DNA of 64,000 nt from Poseidonia sp. (lineage in GTDB: Archaea > Thermoplasmatota > Poseidoniia > Poseidoniales > Poseidoniaceae), in NCBI GenBank assembly GCA_965661285.1, contig CBFIDD010000002.1, positions 192,001-256,000 of the forward strand, written 5' to 3'. The notes beneath the pieces are model-generated. The model was given only the letters and a program-made list of their open reading frames with translations, searched no databases and was not told the DNA's origin. The translations under genes and the position numbers were made by a program. Shown here in pieces: positions 19,215-28,642 of the stretch. How positions within the stretch are numbered: the stretch's first letter is position 1; every line of letters begins with the position of its first letter.

Positions 19215-20525
19215 ATGGCAAAGAAGTACATCGCAAGGGACCCGCGTACGGGAAAGCCCATCCAAACGGGCCACACCAGCGTTGCCGATGCCTCGTACGA
19301 GCCGACCGAGGGCCCTTGGTGTGCCCTCCATCCATCCGATATCATGTCGCTGGCCGAGGGAAGTTTGGCACAACGAGATGTGCGGTGGAAAAACGACACG
19401 TTGACCATGACCCGGAAGAACGGTGTCCGTGCCTTGAGCCATGTGCCGCAAAGCATGATCATGCCCGCCCACGGACTTCTGCTCGCAGCGTTTGAAGACG
19501 ATGACCCCGAGATTCGCATCGCAGCGCTCGAAGTGCTCCCAGAGTTTGCCGTTCGCCGCTCAAACGAACTCTTTGACTGGCTTTCTGTGTTGCTCGATGA
19601 CTCCAACAAGGCCGTGCAAAAGGCAGCCAGTGCTTCGCTCGCTCGTGCTGCACCCACCTTCCCTTCGGGCGTTCACTCATCGCTTGAAAACGAATTGCGG
19701 CACCCCGATGAACAGCGCCGAAAGGTGGCGTGGAAGGGACTTGAAGCGTTGACCAAGACGTGGCCGGATGTTGTGGCAGACCACGTCGACAGCATCCTGC
19801 TCGAACCGGATGTCAGCCTGCGACGTCGTGGGGCGAAGATGATCAACGCCATCGTTTCAAGAAAGACCTCTGCGGTGTGGGACCTCGTGTCTTGGGCGCT
19901 TAACGACGAGGACGACCAGGTTCGCAAAACCGTGGCGAAATCGCTGCCGAGGCTCGCCAAACAAGATGTTAGGATGGGAACGATGTTCGCCGAGCGCGCC
20001 ATTGCTGACCCCAATCCTGACGTTCGATTGTCCGCCATTCGAACGATTGAGAAACTCAACCGGGGTCACGGCCGTGCTCGTGATTTGATTCTTGCTGGGG
20101 CTCGCTCCGGGGACGTCCGTGTGCGCCGTGCCTGCGTGAGCCTCCTCCCGAAATTGATGGATGAGGCCGAACTTCGTGCTCTCGTCGACGACCTCCTGAA
20201 AACGGAGACCGACAAGGGCCTGGTTGAGAAATTGATGCAGTATCGCTTTGATGCCATGCTGGAGGGTACAGAAGCCGAGAAAAATGCGGCCCTTGCACCC
20301 GCGCTGCCCGTCCCTGAAATCGATAAGGAGGTGTTGCTGGCACAGGGCAAGCGTGTTGGCATGCAGCCTGCACCTCCCGCAGAGACGCCAAGAGCGAAGC
20401 CCGAAGCGAGCCCGGAGGCTCGTAAACCATCCACGCCACCAATGCGACGACCCACCCAAGACGAAATCATGGGGTACCATGACGACGATGATTTTCCTGA
20501 TTTTGATGATGAACCGTATGACTGA
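19215..20525 (+). CDS. HEAT-repeat protein
   Basis: Repeated D.D..VR..A helical units (DDDPEIRIAA, DEDDQVRKTV, DPNPDVRLSA). Start is uncertain (19182-19215). Confidence 0.82.
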   Translation: MAKKYIARDPRTGKPIQTGHTSVADASYEPTEGPWCALHPSDIMSLAEGSLAQRDVRWKNDTLTMTRKNGVRALSHVPQSMIMPAHGLLLAAFEDDDPEIRIAALEVLPEFAVRRSNELFDWLSVLLDDSNKAVQKAASASLARAAPTFPSGVHSSLENELRHPDEQRRKVAWKGLEALTKTWPDVVADHVDSILLEPDVSLRRRGAKMINAIVSRKTSAVWDLVSWALNDEDDQVRKTVAKSLPRLAKQDVRMGTMFAERAIADPNPDVRLSAIRTIEKLNRGHGRARDLILAGARSGDVRVRRACVSLLPKLMDEAELRALVDDLLKTETDKGLVEKLMQYRFDAMLEGTEAEKNAALAPALPVPEIDKEVLLAQGKRVGMQPAPPAETPRAKPEASPEARKPSTPPMRRPTQDEIMGYHDDDDFPDFDDEPYD

Positions 20526-20595
20526 GGCCGGCTGGCCGGTGCAACACCGTTAAGAACAGGTGGACGGTCGGCAACTCGCTGAAGAGGTGTATGCT

Positions 20596-20814
20596 ATGGA
20601 CGATGACATGCCATTCAACGACAAAGCACAACAGTTTGACCGATTGTGGGACGGCATCACGCCCAAAGGCGTGAACCGCTCAAAAGCGCTCAAATTCCGA
20701 CAATACATCCTTGAGCATGTTCGACAAATGCGTCGCCCACTAAACCGCGAAAACGCTCGCCGGTATTGGATGGGTGAACTTCAGAAAGAGATCGCCGACC
20801 GCGATAACTTCTGA
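20596..20814 (+). CDS. Small hypothetical protein
   Basis: 72-aa ORF with a GAGGTG SD-like sequence upstream. Confidence 0.7.
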   Translation: MDDDMPFNDKAQQFDRLWDGITPKGVNRSKALKFRQYILEHVRQMRRPLNRENARRYWMGELQKEIADRDNF

Positions 20815-20880
20815 TGACCCTGTGGAGGCCGCCTCGTCTCGGTGGCCAATGAAGAACACATGAGACGAACGGTGAGACCG

Positions 20881-22302
20881 ATGTTCACAACAACACGATT
20901 CGATGCATGGAACCTTCCAGAACCCATCCAAAACGGCTTGAACGCCATGGGGTGGGAATTTGCAACCCAAGTGCAACGGGACACGGTACCCATCGCTCGC
21001 AAAGGAACCGACGTCATCGGTCAAGCCCGCACCGGCTCAGGAAAAACAGCGGCCTTCGGCTTGCCCATTCTTGAGCGATGTCAAGCCACCGGTGAACTCC
21101 AAGCGTTGATTCTGACGCCCACGCGGGAACTCGCCAATCAAGTGGCCGAGGAACTGGCCATGCTCCAAGGCGATTCGGGATTGACCATCCTCACCGTGTA
21201 CGGTGGCACCGACCTCGAGAAGCAGGCCAAAACCCTCGGCCAAGGCGTGGACATCATCGTCGGCACGCCCGGTCGTGTCATGGACATGAGCGAACGTGGC
21301 CACATCGATTTGGCCAAGCCCCAAGTGATGTGCCTCGACGAAGCAGACCGCATGCTCGACATGGGATTCTTCCCGGACATCATGTGGGTCGTCGAACGTA
21401 TGACCGGACGTGAGCAGACCCTGCTCTTTTCCGCCACCTTTCCCCAGGAGATCATCGACGCTGCGCACGAATTCATGAACGAACCTGATTTCGTGTTGAC
21501 CAATGCAGAAGAACTCGATGTCCCGCCCATTGACCTCTACTCGGTTCGCATCGGGCGCTCCAACAAACTCTGGGTGCTCGGCCGCCTTCTCATTCGAATG
21601 CAGGACGAGGACCAAACCATCATCTTCTGCAACACCAAGCGCATGGTTGACTTGGCGGTTGAGCGACTCAAGAAACACCGCTTTGATGTCGCCGGCCTCC
21701 ACGGTGACTTGAGCCAAAACCAGCGAGAACGCATCTTGGACTCGTTCAAAGAAGGCAAGGTCAAGACCATCATCGCCACCGATGTGGCTGCCCGTGGCAT
21801 CGACGTCGACGGCATCACCCTCGTCGTCAACTATGATATTCCAAACGACATGGATTCTTTCATCCACCGCATCGGCCGAACCGGACGGATTGGACGTACC
21901 GGAGAGGCATGGAGTTTGGTCTCCCGAGATGACGAACCGCAGTTGTCGAAAATCATGGCGACCTACGGCCTTGAGATCACACCAAGTGAAGCCCCTGAAC
22001 TACCAGACGGCGTTGAGCGTGACCCTGTTCGCCGACAAGAAGACTTTGGCGAAACGGCTGATGTCTTTGGGTACGTGACCATGAAACTCTCGCTTCGACC
22101 CGAGGATGCTGGTTCCAGCTTGAGCGTCGCCAACTGGTTTGTTGAACAGTTGCGCTGCGATGAATTGGCCATCGGCACCGTTGCCTTCCGAGACGATGCG
22201 ACGTTCGTGAGCCTCCACAAGAGCAAGATTGGAACGGCGATGAAGGCCATCGAAAAGCGCCCCTACAACGGGCAAACGATGACCGCAACCATCGTGGAAT
22301 GA
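20881..22302 (+). CDS. DEAD-box RNA helicase with a possible DbpA-like C-terminal domain
   Basis: Motifs Q motif, ARTGSGKT, PTRELA, DEAD, SAT and HRIGRTGR. Confidence 0.94.
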   Translation: MFTTTRFDAWNLPEPIQNGLNAMGWEFATQVQRDTVPIARKGTDVIGQARTGSGKTAAFGLPILERCQATGELQALILTPTRELANQVAEELAMLQGDSGLTILTVYGGTDLEKQAKTLGQGVDIIVGTPGRVMDMSERGHIDLAKPQVMCLDEADRMLDMGFFPDIMWVVERMTGREQTLLFSATFPQEIIDAAHEFMNEPDFVLTNAEELDVPPIDLYSVRIGRSNKLWVLGRLLIRMQDEDQTIIFCNTKRMVDLAVERLKKHRFDVAGLHGDLSQNQRERILDSFKEGKVKTIIATDVAARGIDVDGITLVVNYDIPNDMDSFIHRIGRTGRIGRTGEAWSLVSRDDEPQLSKIMATYGLEITPSEAPELPDGVERDPVRRQEDFGETADVFGYVTMKLSLRPEDAGSSLSVANWFVEQLRCDELAIGTVAFRDDATFVSLHKSKIGTAMKAIEKRPYNGQTMTATIVE

Positions 22303-23352
22303 TCATTCCTCTTCGCCACGGTTCTTCCACGAACCGGATTTTTTCGTGTGATGCGATTTCTTGGCCGGACTGGTTTCAGGTTGGTTGGCTGGTAATGCCG
22401 AGGAGGGCCACGAGCCGTCCTCGAGAGGTCGTTCAACCACCACCATGGTGCCCACGCCGACCGTCAAGCCCAGTGCTGAAAGCGACCAAGCATAGCCGAT
22501 GGCATCGTCCCATCGCTGTTCTGCATCAGCGCAATCGGATGAAAGTTGACTCGAAAATTCACAGAAGGCCAGCGTGTCCCTCGCATCGATGGCCTCCTGG
22601 TTGGTCGAGATGTTCGCCATGGCGAACACAAAGAGGAGGAGGGCAGCGCCCAGCAGCGCTTTGTGCTTTGTTTCCCAATGCCGTCGTCGCTGAAGCCGCC
22701 AGGGGGACGGGTCCTCTTTGGTGGCAGCCAGGGTTCGAGCGGGGCCGCCAAACCGAAGGAACCAGACGAGCCACATCGTGACAAGGACCACCAAGAAGCC
22801 CCAAGTGTAGACCGTTTCGTGGAATTGCCACATGGGCGTCAAACAGGCCTGGACGTCAGGTGTTTCGAGGCAGGAATCCAACGCGATGGGATAGAACACC
22901 ACCAAACGCAAAATGTTCAGAACGTACACAATGCCACACATCACGGCGACGGCTTTCCATTTTTCTCGTTGTGGAACACCATCCGTCATCATCACCAACG
23001 TGGAGAGGAAAATCATCTCGTGCACACCTGCGCACTCGTCCGAAACATAGAGTCCAACGCTGTCGTAAGGACCGGGAAAGGTGGGATGGAGAAGGTCAAT
23101 CCGGGTCAACCACCCGTTGTGATGGCTGATGACGGCGGTTCCTTCACCGTAGATGAGGTTGGTGAGTTCGTTCCATATCCACGCTTCAGTGACCTGGATT
23201 GGAGCAAGGGTATCGGAGGGGATGGTGAGAAACCAGTAGAAGGCCTCAACCAACAGAAGCGCCAATGGTATGCGACCGTACCGCAAACCCAACTCGCCAA
23301 CCTCCTGCCAAGACATGTCCCCTTCGGGACGTGCTGACTTGGTTGCCGCCAT
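22303..23352 (-). CDS. Archaeosortase/exosortase family protein
   Basis: Catalytic-triad pattern VSDECAG...NILR...FH in a multi-TM protein. Confidence 0.85.
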   Translation of the reverse strand: MAATKSARPEGDMSWQEVGELGLRYGRIPLALLLVEAFYWFLTIPSDTLAPIQVTEAWIWNELTNLIYGEGTAVISHHNGWLTRIDLLHPTFPGPYDSVGLYVSDECAGVHEMIFLSTLVMMTDGVPQREKWKAVAVMCGIVYVLNILRLVVFYPIALDSCLETPDVQACLTPMWQFHETVYTWGFLVVLVTMWLVWFLRFGGPARTLAATKEDPSPWRLQRRRHWETKHKALLGAALLLFVFAMANISTNQEAIDARDTLAFCEFSSQLSSDCADAEQRWDDAIGYAWSLSALGLTVGVGTMVVVERPLEDGSWPSSALPANQPETSPAKKSHHTKKSGSWKNRGEEE

Positions 23353-23463
23353 GGCATGAGAGCCGCGCCGTTGTTGAAAAGGTGTCGCGGAACAAAACGG
23401 TGGAACTTCGTGTTCATGGGGCTTGTGCATGTGTTCAAAACAGGGACGAACCTGCATCATGCC

Positions 23464-23715
23464 ATGGGAGGAGGCCCCGAAGCGTACGCCATAACGCATC
23501 GTCTCGACGTCTTGGGGTTCAACTGCCCCGTTCCTGTTGCGAAAACCAGAGAGGCACTTGAGGACCTGAGCGACGGAAATGTCCTCGAAGTCCTTGCCGA
23601 CGACCCCGAAACCCTGCAGGACATGCCGCTGCTCATTGGCAGAAGCCAGCACACCCTCCTGCATGTCGCCAACGAAGAAGGTGAACTTCGGTTTGTCATT
23701 GAGGTGAAAAAATGA
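23464..23715 (+). CDS. tusA: TusA/SirA family sulfur carrier
   Basis: Motifs LDVLGFNCPVP and LEVLADDP..DMP. Confidence 0.85.
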   Translation: MGGGPEAYAITHRLDVLGFNCPVPVAKTREALEDLSDGNVLEVLADDPETLQDMPLLIGRSQHTLLHVANEEGELRFVIEVKK

Positions 23716-24323
23716 AGATTGTCAAGCATGAAGATGTCCCAAGCATTGCGTTCCTCCCCACCGGGTTTGGCGATTTTCAAATTCAAGTCTTCCACGAAGA
23801 ATCAACGGGGTTTGACCACGTAGCCTTGACACTCGGGGACATGAAAGGGCCCGACCCCGTTCTTGTCCGCGTCCACTCCGAATGCCTGACGGGCGATGTC
23901 TTTTCCAGCACCCGATGCGACTGTGGACCACAACTCCATGCCGCCCTCAACGCCATCGTCGAAAAGGGATGGGGCGCCCTTCTGTATTTGCGTCAAGAAG
24001 GACGTGGCATCGGACTTCACGCCAAAATTCAAGCCTACCACCTCCAGGACGGTGGCGCTGACACCTTGGATGCCAATCTCATGCTGGGTCACCCAGCCGA
24101 TGCACGAGACTACGCCATTGCAGCAGAAATGCTCGAAGACATCGGCGTCGAACGTGTTGAGTTGATGACCAATAACCCCGAGAAAGTGGAACAGTTGACC
24201 AAACACGGTATCGAAGTCGCCAGCCGCAGCCCGCTCATCGTGGGTGTTGGTTCAAACAATCGCGACTATTTGGCGACCAAGGGCGAGCGCATGGGCCACC
24301 ACATCTCCGACGGCGATCTGTGA
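23712..24323 (+). CDS. ribA: GTP cyclohydrolase II
   Basis: Motifs VRVHSECLTGD, RCDCGPQL, QEGRGIGL and MTNNPEK. ATGA overlap with tusA and a GAGGTGA SD. Confidence 0.95.
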   Translation: MKIVKHEDVPSIAFLPTGFGDFQIQVFHEESTGFDHVALTLGDMKGPDPVLVRVHSECLTGDVFSSTRCDCGPQLHAALNAIVEKGWGALLYLRQEGRGIGLHAKIQAYHLQDGGADTLDANLMLGHPADARDYAIAAEMLEDIGVERVELMTNNPEKVEQLTKHGIEVASRSPLIVGVGSNNRDYLATKGERMGHHISDGDL

Positions 24324-24326
24324 ACA

Positions 24327-24402
24327 TGGGGCCGTGGCCGGGAATTGAACCCGGGCTGGCAGAACCACAATCTGCCGTGCTAACCCCTACACCACCACAG
24401 CC
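24327..24402 (-). tRNA. tRNA-His(GTG)
   Basis: Reverse complement GGCTGTGGTGGTGTAGGGGTTAGCACGGCAGATTGTGGTTCTGCCAGCCCGGGTTCAATTCCCGGCCACGGCCCCA; G-1, C73 and CCA are genome-encoded. Confidence 0.95.
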
Positions 24403-24526
24403 ATGAGAGGTATCTGCGCCTCATGCGCTTGGTATTTCAAACATGCGCCAGCCGCGTCCTCGCTTCGTCCGTCGCTGGGCGCAGGGAACCCTCTGTTTCA
24501 AGAAGTGCCACCTCGTCCAAGACGTC

Positions 24527-26920
24527 ATGCGAACCCACAGCAAAGCGCTGTTTTTGACTCTCATGCTCTGTGTGGTCTCAGCCTCTCCGATACTGGCAAC
24601 AGCACAAGCCCGCAGCGTGCACAGCACGAGCGATGTCGACCTCTTTCCGCAGGGAAGTTTCGCGGACGCTGGTCTCTGGGACATGGGCGCCGAGACATCG
24701 TTCACGCAGGAGCGAGCTACCTATTCCGAAACGATGGTCGCTGACCAACGACTCACGATGCTGCACACTCGCCCCGTCCACCTCGATACCCTCACCGTGT
24801 GGTCGTCGACCTCACCGACCGGTTCCAACTATTCAACCGGTGCACCCGACGGGGCGAGCACATGGTCATCCGGTCCAGAAATCGAACTGACGGATTTTGA
24901 CATCGCTGGTCTGGTGAACTACCCCTTGGTTGAACTCCATATGGTTGGCGTCTTCCAAATTCCAGATGCGCTGCAGGAAGATACCGTCCGCATCTCGGTT
25001 GAACACGGTGATGGTTTTGACCTGCTCAAAACCTTCGCCCACACCCAAGGCAACGTGGATTACATCAACAACTCGGCGTACAAGGTCAACATCACCGGAC
25101 TCATGGATTGGACATGGGACGACATCGCCCAGATGACCTTCACCCTCGATTATGTTTCAGCAGGTGGTGTTGATGATTCTCGTTTGGTGGTCGACGCTCT
25201 TGGCCTTGACATCACGGTTCAAACACCCTGGTACGGTGGCGAGGTCGCCTATGCCACCTCGACCTTTGCCGGACACGACCTGCCTGTTCTGGGGCTCGAT
25301 TTCACCACCGGGAGCAGTAACAACATGGCGCTTGACGCCTGCGGACTCAAACCGACCGTTGAGGGCACCACCGGACAGTGGACCAGCGACATCATCACGC
25401 ATCCAGCCGAGCAAAGCCTTGGACGATTGCATCACAGCGTCGCTGAAGACGCCGATGGTGAGGTCAGTGTAGAAGTGGCCGTGTATGAAAACGAGGTGAT
25501 GACGGCTGATTTCACCACGGTTCAACCCAACACCTTGCTCCCGAACGGTGATGCCTACCAAGTCAGAATCACCGCCACCGATGCCTGCGTTTCGTCCGCA
25601 TGGGTCGATGTCAACGACCCATCACTGCGCCTCGACGGCCGTGTCTTTGGCACCAATGACGGCATTGATGACGAATACTCGCGTTGGCTGGTCTTTGTCA
25701 ACGACGAGTTGGTTTCCAACGAACCGATGACGCTTGGCACCTTCACGCACGAGTGGCCCATTGGCGGCTACCTCCAACCTGGAACTTCGTCCTTCACGGT
25801 GGCCGTACGTGCGTGGTTCACGTGGGATTCCGACGGAACAGCCAGTCATTCAGCCCTTGAGTTCACCCGTGCAGCCGTCTCTGGAGGCTATGCGATCCAG
25901 TGGGATGAAGACCCCGTCTGTGAGCCGATCGGCGACCAAACCCTCAGCGAGGACAACGGCGGCATCATCCTACCGCTCTTGAACCGCTGCACCGACGACA
26001 GAGCGACCAGCGAGGTCTTGCAGGTCCACTTCACCAACTCCAACGAGAACCTCGTCGCCGTGGACCTCACCGAAGGCGAAGTCCGTCTTCGTTTGCTTCC
26101 CGAAGCCAGCGGTCAAGCGGACATTGGCGTCACGGTAACCGACCCGGCAGGAAACACCTGGGAGGATGCCTTCTCCTTGGTGGTGGATGCAGTGGACGAC
26201 CCGCCCGTCGTTGAAGAATTCCAATCCCTCATTCCAGTTGAGCGAGAACTGACGACCGTCATCAACATGACCTGGAGTGACATTGATTCGCCCGGTCAAG
26301 TCACCGCTTCTACCAACCGCTCATGGGCCACCGTTGACCTCGACAGCAGTATCCTGACCTTACAGCCACAATCCGTTGGTTTCCAATCCGTTCTCGTGTC
26401 CGTTTGCGACCAGACCTCGTGCACGGAACGCGAGGTGGACCTCGATGTGCTGGCGCTGCCGGACCTCAGCATCGAGAGCATCGCGTTTGACAAGGAAGAA
26501 CTCACGCAGGGCGACATCATTTCGATGCGCGTCCTCGTGCGCAATCAAGGCCAAGCCGACGCCACCATGGTATCGGTTCGATGCCAAAGCGACGACCAAC
26601 TCATCGACGTGCAAACCATTCCCATCATCCGACCGGGTGAACTGCAAGCGGCGTTGTGCGACTGGCAGATTCCTCCCGACGCACGTGTCATTCGATTCAA
26701 TGCTGTCGTTGACCGAGGCCTCGAGATTCAAGAAGGGGACGAAAACAACAACATTCTCGAAGAATTGGTGGCGATTGAAGAGCGCGTGGAGGAGACCAGC
26801 GATTCGACCGAAGGAGAATTTTCAGCACAAACAGCGATGATTGGCGCCGTTCTTGTTGCGCTTGCCCTGCTCGGTTTGATCGCCTTTTTGATGCCGCCAA
26901 AAATCAAGAAAATTCAGTGA
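24527..26920 (+). CDS. Secreted/surface protein with cadherin-like and CARDB domains and a C-terminal TM anchor
   Basis: Signal peptide, DDPP cadherin-like linker, CARDB pattern LPDLSI...VRNQG...VVD...IQEGDENNN, and a TM followed by a basic tail. Confidence 0.82.
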   Translation: MRTHSKALFLTLMLCVVSASPILATAQARSVHSTSDVDLFPQGSFADAGLWDMGAETSFTQERATYSETMVADQRLTMLHTRPVHLDTLTVWSSTSPTGSNYSTGAPDGASTWSSGPEIELTDFDIAGLVNYPLVELHMVGVFQIPDALQEDTVRISVEHGDGFDLLKTFAHTQGNVDYINNSAYKVNITGLMDWTWDDIAQMTFTLDYVSAGGVDDSRLVVDALGLDITVQTPWYGGEVAYATSTFAGHDLPVLGLDFTTGSSNNMALDACGLKPTVEGTTGQWTSDIITHPAEQSLGRLHHSVAEDADGEVSVEVAVYENEVMTADFTTVQPNTLLPNGDAYQVRITATDACVSSAWVDVNDPSLRLDGRVFGTNDGIDDEYSRWLVFVNDELVSNEPMTLGTFTHEWPIGGYLQPGTSSFTVAVRAWFTWDSDGTASHSALEFTRAAVSGGYAIQWDEDPVCEPIGDQTLSEDNGGIILPLLNRCTDDRATSEVLQVHFTNSNENLVAVDLTEGEVRLRLLPEASGQADIGVTVTDPAGNTWEDAFSLVVDAVDDPPVVEEFQSLIPVERELTTVINMTWSDIDSPGQVTASTNRSWATVDLDSSILTLQPQSVGFQSVLVSVCDQTSCTEREVDLDVLALPDLSIESIAFDKEELTQGDIISMRVLVRNQGQADATMVSVRCQSDDQLIDVQTIPIIRPGELQAALCDWQIPPDARVIRFNAVVDRGLEIQEGDENNNILEELVAIEERVEETSDSTEGEFSAQTAMIGAVLVALALLGLIAFLMPPKIKKIQ

Positions 26921-27008
26921 TGTCTTGACAACGGCCATTCGCATCTCCACTGTCGGATAACGCGAAAAACCCACTCAAACTTGATAACCAAAACGTCGGA
27001 GGGGCTGT

Positions 27009-27052
27009 TGCTTTGAGGTCGTGGGGGCCGTTCAACTTCGGTTGACAAAGCA
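27009..27052 (+). promoter_or_regulatory. Structured RNA leader candidate (three-way junction with cUUCGg tetraloop)
   Basis: TGCTTTG/CAAAGCA encloses GGTC/GGCC and TCAAC-TTCG-GTTGA. It abuts a GGAGTGG SD-like sequence. Confidence 0.5.
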
Positions 27053-27064
27053 GGAGTGGGAACC

Positions 27065-27130
27065 ATGTCTCAACTGAAAATCCGCATTGAAACGGACGAA
27101 TACATCTACGAAGAATACATCGAAGCGTGA
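27065..27130 (+). CDS. Putative 21-aa microprotein MSQLKIRIETDEYIYEEYIEA
   Basis: ATG with an SD-like sequence upstream and host-like codons. It fills the intergenic gap and stops 3 nt before the cbf5 stop. Confidence 0.5.
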   Translation: MSQLKIRIETDEYIYEEYIEA

Positions 27131-27133
27131 GCA

Positions 27134-28102
27134 TCAGGACGACGTCGGCCATCGCCGAGGGTAGACCTCGGTGTCGATGAGGACCATGCTGGGCCGAGCG
27201 ACTTCCCCGGCGTCAAGCGTAGCGATTTCGTTGGAATCCATCTTGAGTTTGACAAAGCCAACCGCCTCGTCTTTGAGAGAGGACACCATCAACTCGGTGC
27301 CTTTCTTCAGACCTTTTGGAATACTGATGAGGCCGGGACGAAGCAACGGTGCGCCGTAGGCCAGTGCCGCGACAGCGCTGTCCTTTACCTGGCATCGTGG
27401 GAGGTCGACCAGCAGTTTCTCAATCGGATGGATGACCTTCATCAGCGCTTCGTCTTGTCCGCACTCCTTCCAAAGCCAAACGGCATCGGCCAACTGGTCC
27501 ATCGTGATGCAATTGTTGAGGTCAAACATCCCGGAGGTTTCTCTTCGAAGTTCCTTCAGTGTGACCGGGGTGTTGAGCAACAAGCCCATGTCTCGGGCGA
27601 TGGTACGGATGTAGGTTCCAGCCTCACAGGTGATGCGGGCGACCACGTCCTGCTTGTCGATGTCCAGCAGTTCAAACGCATGGATGGTCCGGGTCCGCAC
27701 CTGCACTTTGACGGCCGAGACCTCGGGCGGTACGTTATAGATGCGACCGGTAAGCGAAGCCATGGTTTCCCGAATGACCTCTTCTTCCGGTCGCTCACGG
27801 AATCGCAGAATGGCGATGTAGGATTTGGTATGCTTGAGAATCTTATTCGTGATTTTCATGCATCGTCCGGTCATCAGGGGGAGCACGCCGGTCGCAAACG
27901 GGTCAAGCGTTCCCCCGTGTCCCAGACGATCCAAACCGAGCATATCACGGGCCCAAGCAGCCAGTTGATGCGATGTTGGTCCTGCGGGCTTGTCGATCAG
28001 AATAAAGCCCGAGGCGAGACGTTGCTCAAGCGTGCGCTCATCGGGCGATGTCCCAAAGGCTGCGTCGGTTGAAGGGCCATCGTCCAAAACATGTAGACTC
28101 AT
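27134..28102 (-). CDS. cbf5: H/ACA RNA-guided pseudouridine synthase Cbf5 (TruB family)
   Basis: Motifs IDKPAGPTSH, GHGGTLDP and CEAGTYIR, plus a PUA domain. Confidence 0.94.
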   Translation of the reverse strand: MSLHVLDDGPSTDAAFGTSPDERTLEQRLASGFILIDKPAGPTSHQLAAWARDMLGLDRLGHGGTLDPFATGVLPLMTGRCMKITNKILKHTKSYIAILRFRERPEEEVIRETMASLTGRIYNVPPEVSAVKVQVRTRTIHAFELLDIDKQDVVARITCEAGTYIRTIARDMGLLLNTPVTLKELRRETSGMFDLNNCITMDQLADAVWLWKECGQDEALMKVIHPIEKLLVDLPRCQVKDSAVAALAYGAPLLRPGLISIPKGLKKGTELMVSSLKDEAVGFVKLKMDSNEIATLDAGEVARPSMVLIDTEVYPRRWPTSS

Positions 28103-28638
28103 TCATTGGCCTCCAACAAGGCGACGACAGCCCCCAGTATTTGAGATGCATTGAGGGAAGTGGCATCAAGAATGTGGGTGTAGGGCTCCGGGTCTTCGGG
28201 CACGAGGTCGTAAAGCATGCGGAAACGCTCCTCGTCAACCGCTGCTCGTTTCCGATTGGCCTCAAGCGCTTGTTCAACTGAAATCTCTTCTCGAGAGGCC
28301 ACACGACGACCTCGTTCCTCATCGGAAACATCCAGCCAGATTCGCAAGCAGGGCAAACCCAGTCGGTAGGCCCACCAACCTGCGAGGCGAGACTCGACAA
28401 TATCGGCGCTGTCATCGCCCTGCATGCGCTGTTGCAACAACTTGTCGAGCGAGCGGTCAACATCCAGTTCGTTCTTGCACAGTTCGCCAAAGGCCCCGAG
28501 CGACATGCCTCGCCGTTTGGCTTCCTCCCGGAACACATCGCCTCCGTTGAGACTTGACCAGCCGTAGCGCTCCATCAAACCCTTCACGAGCGTGCTTGTG
28601 CCGCTGCCGGGATGGCCGGAGACGGTCAACGTGACCAC
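28099..28638 (-). CDS. cmk: Cytidylate kinase (archaeal type)
   Basis: Motifs TVSGHPGSGTST, GDVFREEA and VESRLAGW. In-frame GTG start at 28638. Confidence 0.88.
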   Translation of the reverse strand: MVTLTVSGHPGSGTSTLVKGLMERYGWSSLNGGDVFREEAKRRGMSLGAFGELCKNELDVDRSLDKLLQQRMQGDDSADIVESRLAGWWAYRLGLPCLRIWLDVSDEERGRRVASREEISVEQALEANRKRAAVDEERFRMLYDLVPEDPEPYTHILDATSLNASQILGAVVALLEANE

Positions 28639-28642
28639 GCCA

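Noticed and set aside
19040-19657. Long N-terminal extension of the EF-hand ORF (similar extensions on the archaeosortase, rlmE, cmk, 42070 and 45594 ORFs)
   Set aside because: These extensions overlap better-supported genes, so starts were moved downstream.
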